A DNA stretch of 61,920 bases, counting the filler, from Sphacelaria rigidula (taxonomy: Eukaryota), in assembly GCA_964200075.2 (NCBI GenBank). It is 10 parts of 10 records of this genome, joined end to end, with 100 filler letters (N's around TTAATTAATTAA, not from the genome) between each part and the next. Parts side by side here need not be neighbours in the genome. Positions count along the whole stretch, not along the records: positions 37,213 to 43,314 come from CAXNAA020022214.1; positions 43,415 to 49,516 come from CAXNAA020022215.1; positions 49,617 to 55,718 come from CAXNAA020022216.1; 7 more parts are not named here. One strand, 5' to 3'. The notes below the pieces were generated by a model. It did no database searches and was not told where the DNA came from. It was given only the letters and a program-made list of their open reading frames with translations. The stretch's first letter is position 1; each line of letters opens with the position of its first letter. The translations under genes and the position numbers were made by a program. Below, in pieces: positions 38,350-51,900 of this stretch.

Positions 38350-41300
38350 CTTCCATTCCGGCAGGACCTGGACCGACGCCTGACGATCGGTACGCTGACG
38401 GTCGCGTCGGTATGTACGGCCTCGCGCAAGCCTTTGGCGCTCCCACTTGTTCTTCGGGACACCGATAAATCGACCCCCGGTCCTAGCGGCACACACACGT
38501 CCAACAGTGGCAGAAAGGAAGGGGGAAAGGGGAGGTATCCATGATCTTGCATGCCGTAGTTGACCTTGCATCCCTACAAATCCGGGACAGAGCGTGCCGG
38601 GTTCTCGCCGGACCAGACTCGCGATCAATCACAAAGCGCGAAGCGCGATCATATGTTCGGCGGGTACAAGAATGGTGAGCTACATCCTGGCAACCTTGTT
38701 CCACTCGAAGCGTACTGATTATCTTGCATACGGATGAAAGCCTCCGATGGGCTACTTCATTTTTTGGTGTTGCCACTGTAAGAGAAAGTCACGGGTTATA
38801 CACTGCCTCGTAGGTGTCTCAGCATGAGGAGGCGTAAGACAACGAATTTCTCAGTGTGCATTTGACTACGGCTTGTACATTGCATTATATTATCGGCCAA
38901 TCAGAAGGCGCTTTGGTCTCCGGCGGATCATTCAAGTTCCAACACATAATACAAACCACTAGCCAGTCGCCACGGTGGCCGAGTTGGTGACCTCGAAACC
39001 TTCTGACGATTGGGTCATGGGTTCGGATCTCGGAGCGATCATGGATTTTTATCTCACACAATGCCGAACAGTGGAGAGCGACCATGTCGTGGATACACCA
39101 AAATTCGACTTGACGGTCGACGATGGAAGGGGAGTGCCGAATCCTTCTCGCGATAAAAAATAAAAGCAAGCACCGCAGGAGGACGGTGGAGGATTAAAAG
39201 AAAAGAGAAGAAGCTCCTATGTTGGCCTTCCTCCTGTGTGAGCCCAGCTGGTGCGCCCACACATACCGAGAGGTGTAAACCGGCGTCCAGTATATATGGG
39301 ATGACAACACACAACACACTACATATTTCAAGTGGGTCCGCTGGCAAGTCTGCATCGCATTGTTTTTCAGGCTTTTCATCACTTACGCCATAGTTTTCCG
39401 TACACTGTTTGGCCAGCCACATGGCAAACGCAACCATGTCACCACAAAAGCAAGAGGTACAAATCTGGATACTGTATCGACAACAGGCACGCAAATGCAT
39501 GCCATGCGTCATTGACTGTGTGGGGCGAAATTCCCTGCCGATTTTGATGCCTGTGGGCACGACAGCCTACATACGCACGCGGGCAAAACCAAGGGAGAAG
39601 AGACGAAACAAGTCGAAAATCAACCCTTCGACCGCCAGCATCATTTTGAAACACGAATACCGGATGACCGTGGAGAGGTTCGCATGTTCTCGACTGGGGG
39701 ACGGGGCGGGCGGGCGAGTTTTATGGTTGTCAGAGAACGCTCCCTAGATCAAGCATGCATGTTTCCAGGAATTTCGAGATCGGATGATGAGCCTGAAGGG
39801 ATTGGAGTCATCATTTTCATAGTTTCGGTCGGTCCAGCGATTCAACATGTTTCCTTACTCATCACTCAATATCGCCCACTTGGCGAGTATTGTGGGTTTG
39901 ACCAGTTGTGCACCGACCATTAACCTACTAAAGCACGCGAGGGAAAGGGAGGTACTTTCATGCGGTTTGGGCAGGGCTTTCAACCCGCCTACCCTCTTCT
40001 GCGTTGTCAGAGTGCCCCCTGTCTCTCGCCTCCCATGGAGGGAATCGGGCGGACTGAAAACGAAAACCTTGCATGAAGATCCAGATCTGTTTCTTACATC
40101 CGAAATGGTGGGAGGGGGCGAGGAGGGGTGAGGCGCACTCATTTGTTGCCTGCCTTAGTCGTTTGACTATTGACCACCCATCCCTTTCGAGACGGAGCAT
40201 TTCGGACATTTCAGGGTGGGAGACATTGGACCCTTTACTAATACCCCTCACACTCCGTGTTCAAGTGAAAGCGACGCTTCCTCGACCGACGGCCCAACGT
40301 ACTACACCAGACCAACTGTTGAGAGCAAGATAGATACAAGCATGAAAACTGTGACAATGAGCACCTGTCTTTTCCGGCCTGCCCCCCCTGGCTTGCCGCC
40401 GGCTGGCCGCGTGTGTTCTCTGCAAAGCGTCCCCCGAATCGGCCGCCACGGCCACGGCCGCGCCCGCGGTTGTTGGTCCATCGGTTGCGCGGTCCAAATT
40501 TGCTCTGCTTCGACTTCGTCGTGTCCACCAAATGGAAGGCCTCATCCTGACCGCATGGATATGGATACGGCACAAACGGACACAAAAAAGAAGAGTCAGA
40601 CCAACAGGACAGCGATATCATCGCCGACGCGGGATCGACTTTTTGACGCGTTTTGTACATTTGATTGATTGATTGCGTGCCCAACCAATGTATTCTTCGT
40701 TACCATGCGCGAGCGAATAGCGCCTCCACCACATGGGGGTTGTGCATCCGCAACCCAAAACTCACGTTCATTGCTCGTGCCCCATGATTCATGACAGGGG
40801 GGAAGGAAGCGTACTCATGATTTTGAATGCCGTAGTCGAAAGACCGTTGACCTCGCACCCCTACAAAGTCAGGACGGCGCACGCCGGGTTTTCGCCGGAC
40901 CATGCCCGCAATTGGCATCGAGCGCGAAGCGCCGTGGTGTTCGGGAGTGAGAGTTTCGACTTTGTTATCGTTTTGTGTCGGAGAACACAACGGACTTCAT
41001 GCGCCTGTGGTCAGTATCCAGCTCCATCGATGCCACCCTGCACCTCAGCGCGCCCAGTAAACAGTAGAAGCAGACCCTTCACTTTTTTCAGCGAGTGCTT
41101 TCATTTTGGGTAATCTCGTGTACGCCTAGTATGTGACCTCGCCTGGATCCTTGAGGGATAAGTTCACGTGCGACCATCATTCAAATCATTCAAATATTGC
41201 CTGGTGGAAGGTACAAGAATCACAGAAACTGGACACATTTTTTGCGCTCAGCAATATCACTTGAAAAGTTGAAAGTTTGCATTGCGTGAGTGATATTGCA

Positions 41301-43045
41301 ATCAAGTAAACTTGTTCGTTTGTTGGATGATGACCACTTGGTTTCGGTGGACTCATCCTCTTTTTGGTTTTAGTATATTTGAAACTTACTTGCTTGTACA
41401 TTTGTGACCACGGAAGGCGTTCGCATCAGATGCTCAGTACGGATGTACCGCGCAGATATCGGAACAGTTTCAATGTGAAGACAACAACACTTGAAACAAG
41501 TTGGTTTTTGTGCGGTCAGGAATATTTGGTTATAGTGGTTGTGCTGTCTTCACACTAAAAACCATTATGATATCTGCGCAGTACTCCGTACCGGGTATCT
41601 GATGCGGACGCCTTCCATTGTCACAGGCTAACTTCCCAAAATAAGGTATAATAATAAAAATGGTGAAGCAGGATCCAGGAAAATTCACACGGACGCGATA
41701 AAAATCAAAACATATATCATGTGGTCGAATATCTATCTTCAGCGCAGTGTACAACTACTTGAGTTCAGTATGTGGACGATGACAACAGATTACATTGGCA
41801 AAAAGTATACTACGTGCAGTATCGAATCCATTGATCAATACAATGGACAAGTTCTCGGTACTGTACGCGGTACACCACTTGCCAATGTCACACTTGTTGT
41901 CATCACTCAGCATGTCCTTTCTTGTATGTAGGCTTTGTTGGGTACGTCAATCATGCGACCACGGCTGGACCCTTCGAGGGTCAGTTGAAGTGCGATAATC
42001 AATAAATCAATCCAGCAAATCAATCAATAGGATACACATGCAATCGACATGGTATGACTCAACGAATGCAGCTCTTCACAGCGTGAAAACTAGTTGAATG
42101 GAAAAACTTCCTTCAGGATATTATATGATTTTCCCTGGGTCCCAGGGGTGTTTCTACAGGGGTAGCGCTCAACAGTGACGAGAATATCTTACAGAGTCCC
42201 GTTCAACACACAAACTTGATGGTGGGAACTGTAAATCTGAATGTTGGAGACAAGATGTACACCCGTCGTACAGATGGCCAGAAGGATCGTCATCAGCACA
42301 ACAGAAACGAAATACCTCACGCACTCGTTGCTCAATCATACAAATACCTAGGAGGGCAACAAGGAGGCTACTCTCCGCCAACGGTGTGCTGAGGTGATAC
42401 CGCTCTTCAGACACTTTCTATCCGACTGAGCTGCTGCATGATGCTGCAGCAGCAAATGCGGCGGCTCCCCCACCCGCGGCTGCTCTACGGACCAGGATAC
42501 CGCAGAGCAGCAAACACACGTTTCGATCATACCGCACCAAGGGCCCATGTATCTGGCCTGCATCGACACTCTGGGGTGAAGCCCATGTATGCCCCCTGTA
42601 AGTGCGGGTACAGCGCGACAGTACTGTATGTGCATCACACACACGGCGTAGACAAAGGATATGGCACAGTTACCGCCGAAAATACTGCCGGGAGACGCCT
42701 GGCGAATATGACCATACGTGGATACATAAGCGGGGCCTTGCATAGCCGACATGAAAAGGCCTGAAAAGAACAACGGTTTTTGACTGGCTTCACTTACATG
42801 AAAATGCTCATCATCCATGTAACGAAGACCCGAGCACGATCGACTTTGCACCCTTGCCTGACGCCTGAAGGCACAAACTCCGATATTTTCGCTGTATGGG
42901 TTTTTGCCGATATGCATATACTGTACAATACATGTCCAAAATATCCTCAATTTCTACAAAGTCGCGTCTTCAATGCTCACCTCCTCATTGTCATACTTAT
43001 ACTGGAACTCCGCGTTGACGGCGTTCTCTTCCCCGCGACGGTTAC
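38350..43045 (-). CDS. EIF3D: Eukaryotic translation initiation factor 3 subunit D, N-terminal internal exons
   Basis: Phase-consistent GT-AG exons 43045-42981, 40546-40365, 38482-38350. FQYKYDNEE|DEAFHLVDT...KFGPR and DRQASVQVLPEWK match eIF3d N-terminal motifs. Confidence 0.85.
38962..39320 (+). mobile_element. tRNA-derived SINE
   Basis: Pol III A box TGGCCGAGTTGG (38976-38987), B-box-like GGTTCGGATCT (39020-39030), CAACACA-type tail; no complete cloverleaf. Confidence 0.7.
41403..41626. mobile_element. Fold-back MITE with ~100-bp arms
   Basis: TGTGACCACGGAAGGCGTTCGCATCAGAT...GCGCAGATATC mirrors GATATCTGCGC...ATCTGATGCGGACGCCTTCCATTGTCACA. Confidence 0.75.
41956..42028 (+). repeat. Non-LTR 3' tail with an (AATC)n-type microsatellite; copies at ~41135 (+), ~49358 (+), ~29575-29645 (-)
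   Basis: GACCACGGCTGGA...GGGTCAGTTGAAGTGCGA followed by AATC repeats. Confidence 0.65.
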
Positions 43046-43713
43046 CTGTTCCGGAGTATAGGAAGTGAAAACAACACAGGGCAAGTTGTGATGAATATTC
43101 ATGGGCAACGTGAAAAACAACTAGGATCAACAGCCATCCTAGTGTGCAGCACGTACGGACACCACGAGCATAAAATTAGGGGTATTTATCCCGTACAAAC
43201 CCTCGTGGGAAGCGTCCCCATCGCAGGGGTTCCCCACATTTGACTTCGTCCCCTTCCTCTGGTGAGACACCCATGAGGCAGTGTATAAGCCATGGCTGTC
43301 TCTGGAAGTGGCGANNNNNNNNNNNNNNNNNNNNNNNNNNNNNNNNNNNNNNNNNNNNTTAATTAATTAANNNNNNNNNNNNNNNNNNNNNNNNNNNNNN
43401 NNNNNNNNNNNNNNGGGGGGGGGGCAAAAAAAGAGGTTGATCTCTTCGCTGGGAAGAAACTGCAGAGTCGTCCCGAGAAAGGGGGGGTGGTTGTAAAAGT
43501 ATGACGAGGAACAAAGATTAAAGCTGGTTCTACGAAGAATGAAAATATAAACGATTTTGTGCACAACAACACTGCCTCCTCTTTATTTTTAGCTCCAGAA
43601 TTTCAGAATCAATTCACACGCCTGCTTTTTTTCGATAAAATCGTGCATAGTTTGATGAAGCTCCGACGCCTATTATAGATGTCTGACGCACGGCACAACT
43701 GCGTAACACACGA

Positions 43714-43715
<2 letters not shown>

Positions 43716-43760
<45 letters not shown>
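43716..43760 (+). repeat. (CA)n microsatellite
   Basis: Directly visible. Confidence 0.95.
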
Positions 43761-43763
<3 letters not shown>

Positions 43764-43884
43764 TAAAGACCCCTGGAATATGACGCGTGGCCCACTGAGA
43801 TATGACATGATATACTGGAACATGAGGCACGAACCACAGGAATATATGACCCTCGAATTACGGCAATGTGACACATGCACACAG

Positions 43885-46800
43885 GTTCGTAGCTTGAGTC
43901 TGGAGGTGGCAACGAAGCTGCTGGATGTTCTGGTGGTGCAGTATCCAGCGCTAAGGGAAGCCGTTCGATCCGTGGCTGGCATCGTCATGGAGCAGACTTA
44001 CGAGGCTGCGCTCGATGAGGTGGACGATCTCCTGGCTAAGGAGAAAGACCCTTTCACGGTGAGGGATCCCTTGGTGTGGAGGGGGTGGGGCTAGAGGCTG
44101 CGATTTTAAAAACTGGTTTAATTCCCTACTCTCGGGCCTACCTGCCACCCCCTATCCTGTTGAATGGGTACAGGCTGGGCCGCCCAAGACGCGACCAGAA
44201 ATATTGACAGGCAATTATACTGCTCGATTTTGGGTCTTTTTCACTTTAGATTTTGACACGATGTACAGGACGTGTGTATGTGCGAAGATCCTATCTTTCC
44301 TTCCCTTACATTTTTGTACTTTCCTGGTGAGGTATTTGCGATTAAGTTCCAGAAAAGAAATGTTGTAAAATGTTCCGTCGCCAATAACTCACGGGGAAGA
44401 GAATAAAATACAGGGGGGGGGACTTATATTATCTTCGCTCATACTTCCCGTACATGGTGTCGAAATTTCGTAGTAAACGACTCAGAATTGAGCAGCGCAA
44501 CCGCGCTTTTCTCTTGAGAATCGGTTGGCTTGCTTTTAGATTACAACCTTAACTCGGAACTTTGACGTTCTCTACAAGTTTTCTTCGCACACTGCTCACC
44601 GGTTTGCACACTACTACCAGATGCGTTAGCGTGCTGGAGGCCTCATCTGCGTGCCATCTCAGACACTGTACGCCTACAGTACGACAGGCATTGTTGTACA
44701 ACCACAACTTGTGCAGCACCACCACTTTTCGGCCGCGGCACAACTGACTGTAACCGAAAATGCGATTTCAGCCGCGTGGGGTTTCCCCTAATTCCGCCGC
44801 ACATGTCACACTCAACTCTCTACATTTCGCAGCTGACTGCAGTTTGGGATTTCGTTTGATGGGAACTCGCCGGATCACAGTGCTACGTGGAATGAAACAC
44901 GTGCGTTGGTTTGCAGATTACCACGATGTGCCATAGTAGGCACACCTCGTGATGCATCGCCAGTCATTTTTAGAAGGGGCTAAAAGAATGTCCGATTCTT
45001 CGGCGGTCCAGCCTGTAGGAGGCATAAAAGGGGGGGGACTCTTGAATTTTGATGCTCTTGGTACAAGTACTTTCGTGTACTCACACAGCGGAGTGGCGCC
45101 GTCTGAAATGGACAGCGTGCGATGTGTTTTGGCTACTCCACGCACGAGGAGACAGCATTCGAATGCCGGTCCGATCACCGCGATTGAGAAAAAGAACCCC
45201 TTAGAGTTAAGAACGAGCAACGAAAAGTTGTGAAATTGGTAGAGGTAAGCTCACATGCTCCACCCATAAGTGTTGTGCGGAGTACATGGCTTGGTTACCC
45301 ACTCGTTGTCCCAACACACGAACAGAGGTGTGTCTAGTTCACCACTTGGTCGATGAAGAAATTTCTCAGAAACATATATTTTGAAAATAACGCGAACCCT
45401 AACCCTGAGGCGGCGTCTTTTCAGAAGTGATTATCACTTTTCAAAAAATCACTTTCGGAGAAGTGATTGCCCCTACAACGACCAGTGCTGTGTCTTATCG
45501 ACAGGCAGCTTTGTTCAGATTGAAGCCCAGATATGCGCACAGGTAAAAAATGCGGCGGTTCTGGAAGTGGCCGTTAGTCCAAAATGTCTGTACTGCTGCG
45601 GACAAGACGCGAAGAGGTAACACAGCGCCGACACACCTAGCCACGAATACAGACGGATAGGTATTCACCACGCACGCGCATTACCTCAAGCGCCAGCTCT
45701 TGATCATCTACACACGACAGCGTTTGTTTGACGGAAATCCGTCCAGTATTAGATGAAAGGCGGCAGCGTGCGTGTCAACTAGCAACCCAAAACGTGCTGT
45801 TGCTGACTATTTTTGAGCGTGTGCTGTGCGCGCGTCTCACGCAAATCATCATATCTCACTGAATTCTGAACTTTTTTTAACAAGGTCACGCACAGCGTGC
45901 CCAGCTGATGAGCAGCAATGAATTAAGCGGTGTGTTTTGGTTCGAGAGGGCAAATCCTCAGGTTCACGTTTGCTTGTGTAGACTTGTCTGTCAAGACTTC
46001 GGTTATGCCCCTGTCAACGGGATGTTGTATGTTCCCGTTCGAGGTGTCGCAAAATCACTTTTGCAAAAGTGATTTTTTGGCACTTTTTGGAGGGGGTGGT
46101 ATTGCACAACCAATCATCGTTCGTTTTTCACAAAAGTGATTTCTTGAAAAGTGATACTCACTTCTGATTTGACCCCGCCTCAGGCGGGGTCCTATCAGAA
46201 GTGAGTATCACTTTCGAAAAAATCACTTTTGGAGAAGTGATTGCCCCCACGACGACCAGTGCTTTACCGATAAGCAGTTTTTTTCTTTGTCAGATCGAAG
46301 CTCAGGTACAAAAATGCGGTGGTTCTGGAAGTGGCCGTTAGTCCAGTATCTCTGTACTGCTGCGGACAAGACGCAACGAGGTAGCACAGCGCAGACACAC
46401 CGAGCCACGAAAACCCACGCATTGACACCCACCACTCACGCGCATGAGCTCAAGCTCTACCTCTTAATCATCTACACATGACAGTCTTTGTTTGACGGAA
46501 ATCCGTCCAGTATTGGATGAGAGGAGGCCGCGTGCGTGTCAAATAGCAACCGAAGACGTGCCGTTGCAGACTGTTCGTGAGCGTGTGCTGTGCGCGCATC
46601 TCACGCAAATCATCATTTCTCATCAAATTCTGAACCCTCTTGAGCAAGGTCGCGCAGAGCATGCTCAGCTGATGAGAATCAACGAATGGAGCTGTGTGTT
46701 TTGGTTTGCGAGGGCAAAGCAATCCTCAGGTTCACGTTTGATTGTGTAGACTTGTCTGTCAAGCCTCCGATTTTGCCCCTGTCAATGGTACGTTTTATGC

Positions 46801-48636
46801 CATTCGAGGTGTCACAAAATCACTTTTGCAAAAGCGATTTTTTGGAACTTTTTTTTTAGGGGGGGGGGTGGTATCGCAGCAACCAATCATCGGTCGTTTT
46901 TTACAAAAGTGATTTTTTGAAAAGTGATAGTCACTTCTGATGAGACCCCGCCTAGCCCTCACCCTAACCCTAACCCTAACCCCAACCCAAGGCATACCGA
47001 GAACCCTCGGGCAAGAAGGATGCAAAGCGTTCGCTAGGCAAAGTGTGGCATTGGCAGACTTCGAAACGGCGCCGCAGGCGCCGACTTTGACGAAAACGCC
47101 TTCTGCGCACGCGAGGGGCACTTGGAGCTGTCAGTCCTGCTAAAGATCCGAATATCGGTGTTTACACTCAAATAAAGTAGGAATATTCCGACAAAGTTCT
47201 GACCGACCAAGTGGTGAACACTACTGTACAAACACTCCGCAAGAGATATGTGAAGAATATATATAACACATATATATATGTATATATATATACCCTCACC
47301 ACTAAGCGGCGAAACGGCGTTTTGGTACTGTATTGTAGTTCACTTTTGATCGAGCTTCATGTGCTTCATCTGTGGGGTTGGTACGCGCTGTCAATGCAAC
47401 GCAGAGTAAAGATAGTCAGATCAGTCTTCATGGGGACAAATCTGAGTCCTACGTACAAATCGGAGGAGATCAGCCAATCTCGAGGCGGTATTCTCCCGTG
47501 AATTGACTTTTCGGATACAAATCCTAATTTTTACACACAAGATAACTGTTGTTGTAGACGACGGACGATGTAGGAATGAAGCCGTTCTCTTGTGTGTAAA
47601 TCAATGTGTATTTTTTTTTCATCTTTGGAAAAGAAGGAAATAAAAGAGAGAGGGAGAGAGAGAGAGAGAGAGAGAAGGAGAACTGCGAACGACTTACAAT
47701 TGCTGTAATATGTACATATGTTGAGATTTTCCATTTCTTCCGTCAGTCGTCGTCATTCACCTTGAGTACGTTCACTTTGTGAAATGCGTACTCACTTGCA
47801 CATGACAAAAAAAAAAGGCGACAATTGGACAAAAAATTGGTTTTCGTGGCAGATCACTTGATATTGATAAGCGATAATAATCGAATCAAATCAAACAAAA
47901 GAAGTAAACCGATATGTTCATGCACCGAGCGCAGCTTCTTAACTTAGACAAGACCCACCGTCAGCATAGACTACAGTATAACGAGACAAGATTACAAGGG
48001 TCGGACGATTTGATGATTCGTCTGAAAATTACTTGATTTTAGTGTAGTTCGTACCGCACGAATTAATCCTTGAGCCTTGTTTCCAGCGTTATAACCCAGG
48101 TACGCGCAACCCAGGCACGAGGAATGGCGCGAAAATTGTGTGGAGACCTTGTTAACCAGCGTTCAACTTTTTGTTTCCTCTTTTTTGAGCAACCAGGCCT
48201 GAAAAATCGCGGATCTGGTGATTCGAACCGGCGATGATTTGTCCGAACCATGCAAGATTGATACGATATGATAGACAACACTACGCCTCATCACCTCGCC
48301 CAGCTGTAGGGATGCGACGCCAATGGTCTTATGACTACAGCATGCAAGATCATGAGCACACTGCCCCTCTCCCCCGCCCATCCCACGCTTGTTCGCGTCA
48401 ATCTGTTGGCGGGATTACGATATCCGTGATTGATCTGATGGCGACAGATCAACGATTTCCTGGAGCAGCACATCAACAAGCTGAGGTACGACCGCTTCGA
48501 GCAGGCGGTGCAACAGTCGTTTGAGGCCGTGAAGACCAACCACGAGAGCTGGATAGGGGCTAAGGAGGAAGCTGGCAGCTTTTTGAGGCAATGGTACCGC
48601 ACAACACATGGAGTCAACAGCTTCAGTAACGCCGAG
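43885..48636 (+). CDS. Mx-like dynamin-family GTPase, stalk (middle-to-GED) exons
   Basis: Phase-0 GT-AG exons 43885-44058 and 48448-48636: QYPALREAV...LLAKEKDPFT|INDFLEQHINKLRYDRF, resembling the end of the dynamin/Mx middle domain. Confidence 0.72.
45337..47219. mobile_element. Host inverted-repeat element containing a (CCCTAA)n tract, split by two MITEs
   Basis: GTTCACCACTTGGTCG / CGACCAAGTGGTGAAC; CCCTAA-like repeats at 45395-45408 and 46953-46990. Confidence 0.7.
45409..46952. mobile_element. Two tandem ~770-bp PIF/Harbinger-like MITEs (45409-46179, 46183-46952)
   Basis: TIR GGCGGGGTC..ATCAGAAGTGA.TATCACTTT; 3-bp junctions TGA / TCA / TAG, each one change from TAA. Confidence 0.85.
47995..48252. 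mobile_element. hAT-like MITE
   Basis: CAAGGGTCGGAC / GTCCGAACCATG; 8-bp TSD CAAGATTA / CAAGATTG. Confidence 0.82.
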
Positions 48637-48719
48637 GTATGTCATGTGTCATGTGTGTGTGTGTATATTCGGGGATGGGGAATGCTTTGTTTACTTTTGT
48701 AGTTCAATACTGTTTTTTT

Positions 48720-48966
48720 TAGGGTTGGGTACTGAACCAGTACGCATTTCCAGTGCATATGCACTGGTAGATAGCCCCGCCAGTACAACGGTACATGCAC
48801 ATGTACGTAGATTCCTCATTTTTTTTGCTTTAGTGAAGCCAAATCGCGTAAAAAAGTGCCTCCGGCGGGCCCCCTTCACCAGCCGGGCGGGTGGGCGATG
48901 GTGGCGCGGCCTCGCCGCGTCACCAGTATACAGGATCCCGACTGGCTTCGCCGGTACCCAGCCCTA
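48720..48966. mobile_element. hAT-like MITE
   Basis: TAGGGTTGGGTAC / GTACCCAGCCCTA; flanks GTTTTTTT / GTTTTCCT. Confidence 0.6.
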
Positions 48967-51900
48967 GTTTTCCTGGATTGTGTACGTGAGTGTCTTGTAT
49001 GTGTTCGTACTTGAGTGTTTTGCTTCTTCTTTTTTTTCACGAACTGTGGTTCGAAGTTTTTGGAATGTTTCTGTGTATGTTTTACTCTGTGGTGTTATCA
49101 GGTTCACTGTGCGCTGTATGTTGGGCGGTTTTTAACTGTGCGTTTTGTTTTCTTGATGCGTACGGCGCTGTCTGCGGAATGACTGTCGGCTGTTGATTAT
49201 GTTGATGTGATGCGTTGATATCTGCCTGTGTACTGTAATGGTAAACTGCGCGGGGCACGTGAGGAAAGGCAAAAAGTTCCACCTTTTATGTTTACTTTTT
49301 TTTATCCTTCGTCGACGAGTGTTTCAGTTTGTTTTTTCTCGAGTACGTCTATCATTTGACCATGGCTGGATCCCTAGGGGGGGTCAGTTGAAGTGCGACA
49401 AACAAATTAAATCACATCAAATCACATCAACCAATTATGAGTAGGATGGGGGGGGGGGGGGGGTACTGATGATCAGGCATGCCATAGGCATAAGAGCACG
49501 GACCTCTCATCCCTACNNNNNNNNNNNNNNNNNNNNNNNNNNNNNNNNNNNNNNNNNNNNTTAATTAATTAANNNNNNNNNNNNNNNNNNNNNNNNNNNN
49601 NNNNNNNNNNNNNNNNTGGAGCAGCGGAGCATGACGAGGGCGAGGAAAGTGTCGAGGCCTGTCGGCACTCCCGTCTGTTGGCTCTCCTTCATCAACACAG
49701 CGATCGGTTTCATCAAGCTGTACAGCTCCTCGATCTCCGTGTTGTGCGCCGCCAGATGGAAAGCGGCGCCGCGCTCGTTTTTCTGGAAGTGCTCTTCAAG
49801 CGCCGCCCAGTTGCGGAGAACCTCCTCTAGTACTTGGCATACAGATATCCAGCGATGAGGGACGGCGTTCACCAACTTGGTCGTCTTGCAGAACATCAGG
49901 TGCTGAACGTCTTCGTACTCCACCTACAAAGGAAATAGCAAGGTACGGACACGGGACGGAAAGTTACACCATGAACAGATTATTGATCATTGCCTGGTTT
50001 GAGCGCGGTGATGGTCGTGCTCAAAATCTTCTCGGAAGTACCAAACAGCGAAAGCCCTGCGTGGTGTACTCATGATCTTGCATGCCGTATGTTAGTCATG
50101 AGACTTTTGACGTAGCATCTCTACAAAGCCGGGGCGGAGCACCCCGGGTTCGCCGGACCAGGCTCGCAATGAATCCCTCAGCCCGAAGCGCCGTGACGTG
50201 TTCGGCGAGTCGCATGGAGGGTGAGCTGCATCCTGATACGATTGCTCGGCCCCAAGCGTTGACTCGCACATGGATGACCGCCTCGAATGAGTTGCGCTAT
50301 TTGTTGGTGCCGCTACTTCCAGAGACAGCCACGGGTTCACACTGCCTAATGGCTATTTCACCATATCAACACTATGTAGTACAATCATCCCCTTTGCGCG
50401 GAGTTCAGGTTCTCGACCCCACATAATATACCATACGCCAAGAAACCCCCCTGACCCAGTCAATTCAAACAGCAAATATTTTGTTTTCCTAACATGAGAC
50501 CCTGTTAATTTGTAGGGTAAGTAATTCGAGTTCCGGATTATATAAAATATCTCGGTCGTTGTTTCCTTGGAGCCTAAACGCCACAGAAAAATACGTCGAA
50601 CACAACGCGTACTTTTTTTGCGCAGCGACAGTCATCCGTTGGACACTATAGCATTCGGTACAGCGGTCTCGGGCGCAAACCGAGGCCCAACGAGCTTTCT
50701 GTCGTCAACACACACATTTTCTGCCAACTGATCCTACTCTAGCAAACAAACTTGTGCCGATGTCACGTTCCCGCCACGGACCTTGATGATGTTGCTCTTG
50801 TTCAGGTGCTCCACCACCTTTTTGACAGCATCGATTGTCTGTCTTGCTTCAGGGTTCCTGCACGCCACCCTTGATGCCGTAGTCCCGAGTACCTGTGCGG
50901 AATATTAGAACATCACATGGAAGAGAAATGCGAGCGAAGACGAAAAACAAGGCTTTAGCGCACGTTCATTGTCGACTCTCGCCGAAAAATACTGAATCAG
51001 GTGGAAGTGTCTCATGCCAAGATACCGAGAAACAAAAAAACGATGTTTCGTATTGTAAATTCCTTCCTTCCTGTTGCATGTCAAGCGGCAGTGCGGAATA
51101 GTTCGTTTCTCACCTCAACTAGGGCGCAGTTGAGCATGTGGGGAAAGCGCCACTCCCACTCCGACTGTAGGACCTTTAGGCAGAGGCCTTTCACATCGAA
51201 TCCAGCGTCCGTGACAGTGCTGAACCAATCTCTGGGGCTCAAATCGAGCTCGTTCAACACGTTCTCGACCCACAGGAGAAAGACGTCCGAGAGTTGTTGG
51301 CTTTCGCCCAGATCAGCTGCAGGGTTTAACAGCTTAACAGCCACGAGGGCCGAGTCGATGGCAAACTTAGGGGTACACCAGAACAGTCACACGCCTGATT
51401 CACAAACACGAATAGTCACATGGCAAGGAGATATTCGAGTGAGGCTGGCGAAGCGTATGAAGTCAACATATCGGCGCTGCGACTCAGGCGACCACCGACG
51501 TATACACCCTAGAAATGGCGGCAACCAACTAGGCTTATGCCTGTCACGATGGTACTGAGTCATGCTACCATACAAGTGTTACTTTCATTGTTATTGCTGG
51601 CCCCGGGCTTTGTCGGCCTAGATGAAGCCAACAGCAGCAGTACCTCATAAAGAACCGCGCGGTAGTGATACCTAACGTGCTTCATATGTTCGTGGTCTAC
51701 ATCAAAAATAAACTTCGGGTTAGACACCAAACACGAGTATTTGCAGAGACAGAACCACTCAACACCCTTCACACAAAACGAGTTCATTCGCACAACAATC
51801 TAGACTCACCTATGTACTTTTCGTTGGAGTTTTTGCTGGTCCACAGGTCAAAGTTGGCATGGAGTACGGGACCTCCCGCTCTGGTGACCGTTGTCACCAA

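Noticed and set aside
38962..39040. tRNA gene
   Set aside because: A and B boxes are present but there is no cloverleaf; it continues into a SINE body and tail.
37489..39951. Three apparent plus-strand phase-0 exons (37489-37554, 38365-38409, 39823-39951)
   Set aside because: The middle one is antisense to a convincing eIF3d exon and the joined peptide matches nothing I recognise.
40365..40546. RGRGRGG peptide as retrotransposon gag
   Set aside because: Splices in phase with the flanking eIF3d exons.
44918..45220. WTAEESDILL as a Myb/SANT motif of a Harbinger partner protein
   Set aside because: A single short motif without the rest of the domain or clear splice sites.
46953..46990. Chromosome-end telomere
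   Set aside because: Short, degenerate, and internal to a mobile element within an intron.
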